Shown here: piece after piece, positions 55,185 to 64,000 of the stretch | Layout: the number at the start of each line of letters is the position of its first letter | Position numbering within the stretch: the first letter of the stretch is position 1 | Position numbers and translations under genes: made by a program | Notes under the pieces: generated by a model | What the model was told of the DNA's origin: nothing | Databases searched by the model: none | The model's input: the letters and a program-made list of their open reading frames with translations, nothing else | Assembly: GCA_012295275.1 (NCBI GenBank) | Contig: CM022672.1 | Span: 10,354,001-10,418,000, forward strand | Length of the DNA stretch: 64,000 bases | Origin: Chrysomallon squamiferum | Taxonomy: Eukaryota; Animalia; Mollusca | Direction of reading: 5' to 3'

Positions 55185-56505
55185 TGTGTGTGTGAACCTA
55201 CAGGTAAAGTAATTGTCACAGATAACTCAGGTTTGTGTGAACCTACAGGTAAAGTGATTGTCACAGAGATAACTCAGGTTTGTGTGTGAACCTACAGGTA
55301 AAGTAATTGTCACAGATAATTCAGGTTTGTGTGTGAACCTACAGGTAAAATGATTGTCATAGAGATAACTCAGGTTTGTGTGTGAACCTACAGGTAAAAT
55401 GATTGTTACAGAGATAACTCAGGTTTGTGTGAATCTACAGGTAAAATGATTGTCACAGAGATAACTCAGGTTTGTGTGTGAACCTACAGGTAAAATGATT
55501 GTCACAGATAACTCAGGTTTGTGTGTGAACCTACAGGTAAAATGATTGTCATAGAGATAACTCAGGTTTGTGTGTGAACCTACAGGTAAAATGATTGTTA
55601 CAGAGATAACTCAGGTTTGTGGGAATCTACAGGTAAAATGATTGTCACAGATAACTCAGGTTTGTGTGTGAATCTACAGGTAAAGTGATTGTCACAGAGA
55701 TAACTCAGGTTGGTGTGAATGTACAGGTAAAATGATTGTTACAGAGATAACTCAGGTTTGCGAATCTACAGGTAAAGGGAATGTCATAGAGATAATTAAT
55801 TTTTATGTGTGAATCTACAGGTAAAATGATTGTCATAGAGATAACTCAGGTTTGTGTGTGAATCTACAGGTAAAGTAATTGTCACAGATAACTCAGGTTT
55901 GTGTGAACCTACAGGTAAAGTGATTGTCACAGAGATAACTCAGGTTTGTGTGTGAACCTACAGGTAAAGTAATTGTCACAGATAACTCAGGTTTGTGTGT
56001 GAACCTACAGGTAAAATGATTGTCATAGAGATAACTCAGGTTTATGTGTGAACCTACAGGTAAAATGATTGTTACAGAGATAACTCAGGTTTGTGTGAAT
56101 CTACAGGTAAAATGATTGTCACAGAGATAACTCGGGTTTGTGTGTGAACCTACAGGTAAAATGATTGTCACAGATAACTCAGGTTTGTGTGTGAACCTAC
56201 AGGTAAAATGATTGTCATAGAGATAACTCAGGTTTGTGTGTGAACCTACAGGTAAAATGATTGTCATAGAGATAACTCAGGTTTGTGTGTGAACCTACAG
56301 GTAAAGTGATTGTCACAGATAACTCAGGTTTGTGTGTGAATCTACAGGTAAAGTGATTGTCACAGATAATTAAGGTTTGTGTGTGAATCTACAGGTAAAG
56401 TGATTGTCACAGATAACTTAGGTTTGTGTGTGAACCTACAGGTAAAGTGATTGTCACAGATAACTCAGGTTTGTGTGTGAATCTACAGGTAAAATGACTG
56501 TCATA
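55185..56505 (+). repeat. 45-49-bp minisatellite, 28 units, with a 666-bp (14-unit) higher-order duplication
   Basis: Unit gtgtgtgaacctacaggtaaaatgattgtcacagagataactcaggttt; length varies by GT/AG slippage. Variant order repeats at +666 (GT at 55204/55870 and 55249/55915). Confidence 0.97.
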
Positions 56506-58150
56506 AAGAGAACTGGAGGTATCCATAATGGGAGCTTTTCCCATATGTTGCCAACTTTGATTTTGTTTCATTTTAAACATATACTGATAATACTGTTTGA
56601 ATACTGTTTGGAAATGTCATCACACAGTCATATAGACTTTTTAAAATGTATATTACTTAAGAATAAGCAGTTTTTGTTTGTAAGAACTTTCTGTTCATTG
56701 TTTAATGCAATATAAATAGGTAATTACGTTACGGTGTTGTTGGATATATAGTGTGACGTGGTATAAATAATTCTTCCAAAAATTAGAAATGTTGTTACTC
56801 TGGTGTTGTCTGGTGCCTTGATACACCAAACATTACTGTTCCTGTTTTCAAATTATTTAAATATTTGTGGAAAAGCTTTCATATCAAGAATGAAACATTT
56901 TTAAACATCTGATGGTAAATTTTAATAATGTAAGGAAATGTGTGTATGCATTTTTGTGCAGTTCACATGCCCCAAACAATCTGCAAGAATCTCTTAGGTG
57001 ATGAATATAAAAGAGACACATATTAAGATACGCAATGTAGATTATATTAATTATGAAAATTACAAACATCCTTCTCCGTGACATGATGTCAGCATGTTTT
57101 TTCTTTAACTAATACTGTTAGGCTGTCTGTGACAGTCTTTATTTGTAACAAAATCTGTAGGAATGTGTACTGAAGATGGATCTGCAGTAAACTCTTGATG
57201 TGATGTATTTAGAGGACACAAATGTTGGAGATTAGGGACACCCATATGAGTGGTGACACCCTTGCAAGATGCCAGTTTATTCTTGGCCATATCCTTGGTT
57301 CACAGCAAAGGTCTGATGAACTAAAAAAACATTTTATTCACTATTTCAGTATTGAAATTATATTTTTAAGATACAGATATGATTTCTCCAGCAAGTTTGG
57401 GTCCAGATTTCTAGTTCTTGGAATCTAGTATACATCAGGTAATTCAGTTATAATAAAAAACAATGAAACGTTACAACATGCTGGTACCTGTAGTCTGTTA
57501 AACTGAGGGTCTAGTGTAGTGAACTGTAATGTGGACTAGTACTTACTAAACACTAATACACTGTTACTCAAGTCTGATGTTTCCAACCAGCTGGTTCTTT
57601 TAAATATCAAACTGATTCATTACAGGATGCAGAAGATATCAATAATGGACTAAACAAATTTAACTGCTCTAAATAGAGACAAATAATTCAAAAAGAAATT
57701 ATGTGTGGCATTGTGTAACGTTACTCATATTTTATTTATTTATATTTTATTTTTTTATTTCTTCTCATTTTGTTATTTGTTATCATTTGTATTTTATTTA
57801 AAACATCAGTTTGTTGTGGGGAGAAGTTTCTTATATTATTTATTATTGTTTCTTTGGGGTTTTTTATACATCATTTCACCATATAAATCTATTTCAAGTG
57901 CTAAGTCTATATACGAAGATAAACTATCAGTAATTCTATAACACAAAATATCACTTTGTACTGATAGTAAAGCTCTTAACTTCAAAATCATGTCAACTTG
58001 ACATGGATTGTTTACAAACTTTTTTTATAGTTATGCACTTCTATGTGTATATGTATGTGTATGTGTATCTGTGTATATGTATATGTGTGTATGTGTATCT
58101 GTATATGTATGTTAGTATGGATGTATGTATGTATGTATGTGTGTATGTAT

Positions 58151-58416
58151 GTATTTTAGGATTTGAATATTCTCTGTCTTACGACCGTTTGATTTGACTC
58201 TGTGCACAGAATGAAGAATGTATGACAGTTTGTGTGTGGGTGTCTATATGTATGTGTGTTTGTATGTGTGTATATATGTATGTATGTATGTAGTTTAGGA
58301 TTTTTAATATTCTCTGTCTTATGTACGTTTGATTAGACTCTGCACATAGACAACATTTGAGAATGCACTGGCACAGGAGGACAAAGTCCAATCACGACTC
58401 ACAAAGCCTGTCAGAT
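58151..58416 (+). repeat. Tandem pair of a dispersed, apparently coding-derived repeat (pseudo-exon-like)
   Basis: Copies start at about 58151 and 58295, separated by (TG/TATG)n; a third copy is inverted at 16394-16518. Confidence 0.85.
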
Positions 58417-59292
58417 CTGCTGATGAAGACTTGAACATATGGCACCCATTCACCTGCACTCCAAAGGCAGATGATGTTACTGTTCAGCCATCAAGACAAC
58501 CTTAACTTTAAAAACCACACACAAACAGAAAAACTTAAATTTTGTTTTAAATTTAAAATCATCACAGTTATTTCATGAGTGTCACTATGTATGGAATTTA
58601 ATTTTTTGAGCACGTACTTTCCCACCAGTTGCGTTCTTTTCATATTCAGAATAACATTCATTTTTTTTTTTTAAAATATCAGATACTGTCAAAATGTCGA
58701 TTCCAAATTTCTCAGCTGACTTTTTTTCGGTGTAATTTGGGCACAGATTTGGAATCCTGTAGTAAATTAATTTTAGGTTCTAACAAAAGTTCAATTCACC
58801 AACATTTTGCATGCAGGTGACTGTACATTTTACAGAGATATATATTTGTTTCTGTGTCTGAACTTGTTTATGGGTATCTGTGAAATAAATGATAAAATAT
58901 GTGAATTGTAGATGTTTACATTTGATTTGTAAATTGTGAATAAAATGTGACAGTGAGTAGGGGGCTGTGTTAGTTTTAATTTGTCTGTTATCACATCCAT
59001 AAATCCATGAGATGATTAACAAACTTAGTCGTAACTTCACAGCGAGCATCTAAAATGTGATTACAGGTGTAAGGTGCTAAGATACCAACTGATGACTAAT
59101 TATCAGATAGGCAAAATATCTAATGGGAGATATCTAAAGTTTACCTGGCTTACTTTTTGCCGAGGGTAATTAACCAGCAACTTAAGCATTTGGGAATATA
59201 CAGGATTCGGTTCATTAATGGTTCATGTAAATTCATGACCAGTGTAGATGGTAATCTGGGATAACCAGGGACTGGTTTTGCTAGTTTACATT

Positions 59293-59315
59293 CTATATAT
59301 ATATATAGATGTATG

Positions 59316-59363
<48 letters not shown>

Positions 59364-59517
59364 TACATGTATATATATATATTTATATATGTATATATGT
59401 GTGTGTATATGTGTATATACATGTGTGTATATATGTATATATATATATATGTGTGTGTGTCTGTATATGTATAAATGTGTGTGTATGTATGTGTGTGTAT
59501 ACATATATATATATATA

Positions 59518-59561
<44 letters not shown>

Positions 59562-59795
59562 ATATATATATATGTGTGTATTTATATATGTATATATGTG
59601 TGTATATATATGTGTGTATATAAGTATATGTGTGTATATATGTATATGTGTGTGTGTGTATATATATATAATATGTGTGTGTGTCTGTGTATATGTATGT
59701 GTATAAATGTGTGTGTATGTATAATGGGTGTGTGTGTGCATATATATGTATGTATGTATGTATAGTATGTATAGTATGTATGTATTTATATATAT
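59293..59795. repeat. Compound (TA/TG)n microsatellite
   Basis: Direct reading. Confidence 0.95.
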
Positions 59796-60234
59796 GAGGT
59801 GTATTACAGACAAACGAATATATGCATTTTATATTCCTAGGTAGTACTCAGTCAAGTAGTAATGAAAGCATCGTGTAATGTGATCTGTATGTGTACTTCT
59901 ATATTCCTGTATTCAGTATTTTTGTTTTTTCAATGTAAGAAAGAGAGAGAGAGAGGAACATTACTTACTACCTTCCGTTCTTTTTATGCTTGGTGATTAA
60001 CAGTCAGGTGTAATTTAATTTTCATCTGCTGTTTTGATTTCAAAAGCTGTCCTTAATATTCCTTGCCTATATAAATACAGAGATACGTACTTTTACATAC
60101 ATGCACACACATGCATACATGCGTACATACATGACATACATGTAACTTATAATAACAAATCCACAATTAAATAATCAAATATTTGTTTTCCAAGTTACAC
60201 ACACACCCATGTACACACCCATGTAACATCTGTT

Positions 60235-60350
60235 GTATTTATTTGTTTAATGACACTCTAGCACAAAAATAAAATTGTATATTGCATGTTATTCAAAGGT
60301 AAATAAAATATAATTATTTTAAAATAAGTCATTGTAAATAGCTAACTTAC
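60235..60350 (+). repeat. Dispersed repeat fragment, homologous to 49219-49318
   Basis: Shared blocks as listed for 49219-49318. Confidence 0.75.
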
Positions 60351-60533
60351 TTCAGACACACACACGAACACACACACACGTTAAAAAATATAGTTACCAC
60401 AGAAACCTTTTTAAATTTCTTACAAAATGTAGCAGCCTTTACAATTTTTTGAAATAAAATCTAAACAGCAGTATCATCACTTCATTACAAATTGCATTAT
60501 CTCTAACTAGAACACAGATGCCTACACATGTGT

Positions 60534-60574
<41 letters not shown>

Positions 60575-61251
60575 CACACAAAACAGTTCATGTCAATCCT
60601 TTATCTACAGGTATGTATTTGTGGAAAATGTTTGCTGATAAATGAAGAACACATTATAAATGTTTGCATACTCACACGAACATGTACATTACAGCTGCCT
60701 GTGCTTTGATAACATCAGTTGTCTAAACACGCTGTTTCTTTTCACTTGCACACAGAGAAAACACCATACAGCAATATATTTTCTTGAAATGATTATCTCT
60801 TTATATTACACAGTACATGTGAAACATCACATTAATTCTATTAATGATTGTTAAATTGTGCTGGTTAATCATGTATGTGTCTATTTATAAACATACAGAC
60901 ATCCATGGATGCATTTATTTAATACATGCATATATACACACATGCACACATGCATGTAAACTCTCACACATGCATGCATACACGCACAGACAGTAAATAT
61001 TCATTCTTAAAATTCATACTTAACAGTGCCAGATTTCCAACAAAAGTAAGTGCAAAACACAAAATGAAAAAAGACAAAGTATGGCATGCTTTGATTATTT
61101 CAGCAACTTTTTTAAAGGTTGTCTTGATGGCCTAGCAGTATCACTGTCCACCTACAGAGTGTGGGTGAATGGATGCCATATGTTCAAGTCTTGTCATTGG
61201 CATCTGTCATTTGTGAGGTTGTAATTGGACTTTGTCCAGCATTCATTTATA

Positions 61252-61293
<42 letters not shown>

Positions 61294-62020
61294 TGTATTG
61301 GAACATACACACCTATGTTTTCCAAAGTGGGGCAAATGACTGCTTCCTGAACTTTCACCTGTTGTTAAACTCTGTTTTGTTTTACAACAAACATATCATA
61401 AATTTGAAATGAAAGTTCATTCTTCTGTCTTTTTTTCTGTCAATCTGAGGTGTGCCAGTGTTTCAAAAAGTGGATAAAAATGAGTATTTATCTAGCACTC
61501 TCTCAGCCATTACTAACATAACATACACACATATTTATTATAACAAACCTATTCAACACTCATTTATCAACTGAAAGAATCACTTTAACTCGTCCACATT
61601 CTGAGATTTCTTGATGAAGTCCACTTTTTCCTTAATGATCCCTGACAACATATCTGACGTTTCCAAACAGTTAATTGAAGGGTTTTATTGTTCTTGTTTT
61701 TTAAACGTGCTATAGTATTGCTCTTAAACAGTGCATGCTTCACTGAGTAGTACTGAAAATATCACCTCCAGAGAATCGGATATATTGTTGTATTTTATTC
61801 ACCTTGGATACATTTTGTTTTTCAACGTGTGTGTAATTAATTTAGCAGGGATCAGGCAGTAGTTCACTAATAAAACATAATGAGACACAAACTCCTTGAC
61901 AATTCGTTCTTTTATTTCATTTTTTTTTTCTTGTTCCACCTGTATCCTGTAACTAATTTGTTAAAGATGACAATATGTGTAAGAAGAGTATACAAAAAAA
62001 TTCCTTGCCAAAAAAAAGAG

Positions 62021-62063
<43 letters not shown>

Positions 62064-63298
62064 ATCATTAATAAAGTCACATTTATCATATTGTCTGTAT
62101 TTCTGTTTCAGGCTGTATAATCCAAGTATTTTCGTTTTACTAAATATTTCATTCAACCTTTCAGTCATTATGTTTTACTAAAATGGATTGCATTGTTCTG
62201 TATAATCGATTACCTTGCATCTCTATTTGAATATTGATCATGTTTGATCTTCATTTTGAACATAATAATAAATAAATAAATAAATAAATAACATTGACAT
62301 TTTGAATTTATTTTCAATATCTGAGAACTTCTAAACCAACTTTAACTCAGGAGAAAAATAAACCTTTGTTTATAATCCATCATATTTATCTAAACACTCA
62401 TTAACTCATTATACATGGACTTGATAATGTTTTCCTATTTTTTTCAAATTCTGAGCCGCTGTTCTTTATAAGAAATCGAACTGAATCCTGTGTTCAGGAA
62501 TAACCACATATACCACAAGGTTGATTAAGGCCTTTATCCCCTTCACCTGGCCTTATTACTTGTCAGATAAGTTGTCTGACTGAACTGTATACTGAAAATT
62601 ATCTACCTTAGTAATAAGAACATGGCGATTAGTGTAGCTCCAAAAAAAAAAAAAAAAAAAAAAAAGATGGGGTATAGAATTAAGGTATAACTGATTACAG
62701 GATCATCCCTCAACAGAACATCAAATTGGCTATTTTCTAATCTAGATAATGTCAAATATGAGCTTCATCAACAAACAGGCACATCAAGATGCATGTAAGA
62801 GATTTTTTATTGCCTGCTATATAGATTTTTCTTATTATCTTTGTGGTTCATCACATGTATAATGTCATAAAACTGCACATTAGATATGTGCTAAATATAT
62901 TGTTAAATAAAACATTTTTTTCCACAATTTGTTTCTGGTTAAATGAAGATAAATCAATGAAGGAACATTTGTTAAACAGTCCTTTGTCATGTATTTGTTA
63001 ATAATTTAAATAAGAGACCAGGTTTTGAATATTTGATTTTTGAATGGTATGAGAGAAGAAGCCTATTTTTTTGCTTAATTTTGTTAATTAGCAGCAGTGT
63101 ATGTTTGTTTATATGTCTAGACCAACAGACAGAAAAGCAGGTAGCATTCAATTATTGAATCAATTAGTGTACAGGGTGGAATTGGAAATATCCTTAAGCT
63201 TACATTGAAGAGGATTGTTCCTTTGACTTTTCATGCCTCAGGCAATCACTATACCACCGAGTTCAAGCCTTAACCTTCTAGTTACAATACTTTGAATA

Positions 63299-63525
63299 TT
63301 TAAAGACAGCTTAAGCTACAGCTTCACTGATTTGTTTACAATATTTTGTATGTTTAAAGATATCTTGAGCTATAGCCTTATTGTTTGCAGTATTTTGTAT
63401 ATTTAAAGATATCTTGAACTATTGCTTTATTGTTTCTATTAAATTATTTTCTAATTTTAAAGATATCGTGACCTATTGCTTTATTGTTTTTCTGATAATG
63501 TTGGGGGTATTTAGAGATATCACAC
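63299..63525 (+). repeat. Degenerate ~50-55-bp tandem repeat, about 5 units
   Basis: tttaaagatatcttga.cta(t)..c.ttattgttt recurs at about 63299, 63354, 63402, 63456 and 63510. Confidence 0.8.
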
Positions 63526-64000
63526 TTTCTGTATTATTAATCAACTGAGAATGACCTCTCAACTGAGAATGACTTTGTCAGTCAGTTTTTGTAGAGTTTT
63601 TACATCCCGTATTACTTTGCTCCAGTCTGGTTTGGTGCTGCGTAACTACATAGCTCAGTATTATCAATTATCCATTAGTATCATGAGCAGAAAAAGAGGT
63701 GTGCATATGTGTTTACTTATGTACATGCATGCACATGTAATTCTTTACATGTGTATGTAATTTTATTATTAGGTAAATGTGAGAATATTTTCACACTTTT
63801 TTATGTTAAAATACATAATTAAAAATGTGTATGTATGTAATGTTAATCTTGCATAAGTATGTGTCTATATTTTTATTTACGTATATATAAATAAGAATAG
63901 ATATTTGTATATGTGTCATTATATGTATTGTTTGCATGCGTGTTTGTGTACATGTGTGCATGCATGCATGCATGGTGTGTGTGTATGTGTATGTGTATGT

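Noticed and set aside
55185-56505. CRISPR-like regular repeats (also 5036-5850 and 13718-14331)
   Set aside because: Head-to-tail monomers or microsatellite spacers, no unique spacers, no cas genes, eukaryotic context.
58419-58445. CTGATGAAGAC resembling a hammerhead ribozyme or Penelope end
   Set aside because: No downstream stem II and GAAA core; other CTGATGA words (1921, 46840, 57313) fail the same test.
59841-59887. Exon-like segment after ttttatattcctag
   Set aside because: It stops in the phase required by the upstream exon, the donor is weak, and there is no other support.

Overview
AT-rich animal genomic DNA, densely filled with microsatellites; it is not prokaryotic. Decayed tRNA-derived SINE copies resemble, from memory, the Meta/MESC-type SINEs of gastropod molluscs (inference). 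Nearly all ORFs in the supplied track are translations of simple repeats. There is no identifiable full gene, RNA gene or CRISPR array. The window splits at about 40.3 kb. The left part keeps its CpGs and holds long (GA)n/(AAT)n tracts, several candidate short + strand exons, MITEs and minisatellites. The right part is CpG-depleted and looks like a methylated gene body: a long intron downstream of a promoter (NRF1-like motif, 39.5 kb) and an ATG exon (39700-39808). That intron carries a decayed Tc1 transposon, a deleted Mutator-like element with a long hairpin, and pogo-type MITEs. The most striking feature is a textbook recursive splice site (branch point, polypyrimidine tract, CAG|GTAAGT at 55151/55152), followed by a stop-containing cryptic exon whose donor is amplified 28 times in a minisatellite. 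Three separate ATG-initiated mini-exons (6059, 17980, 39700) share AATATG context and phase-1 G|GT donors, suggesting alternative first exons of one large unidentified gene. All calls were made by eye.
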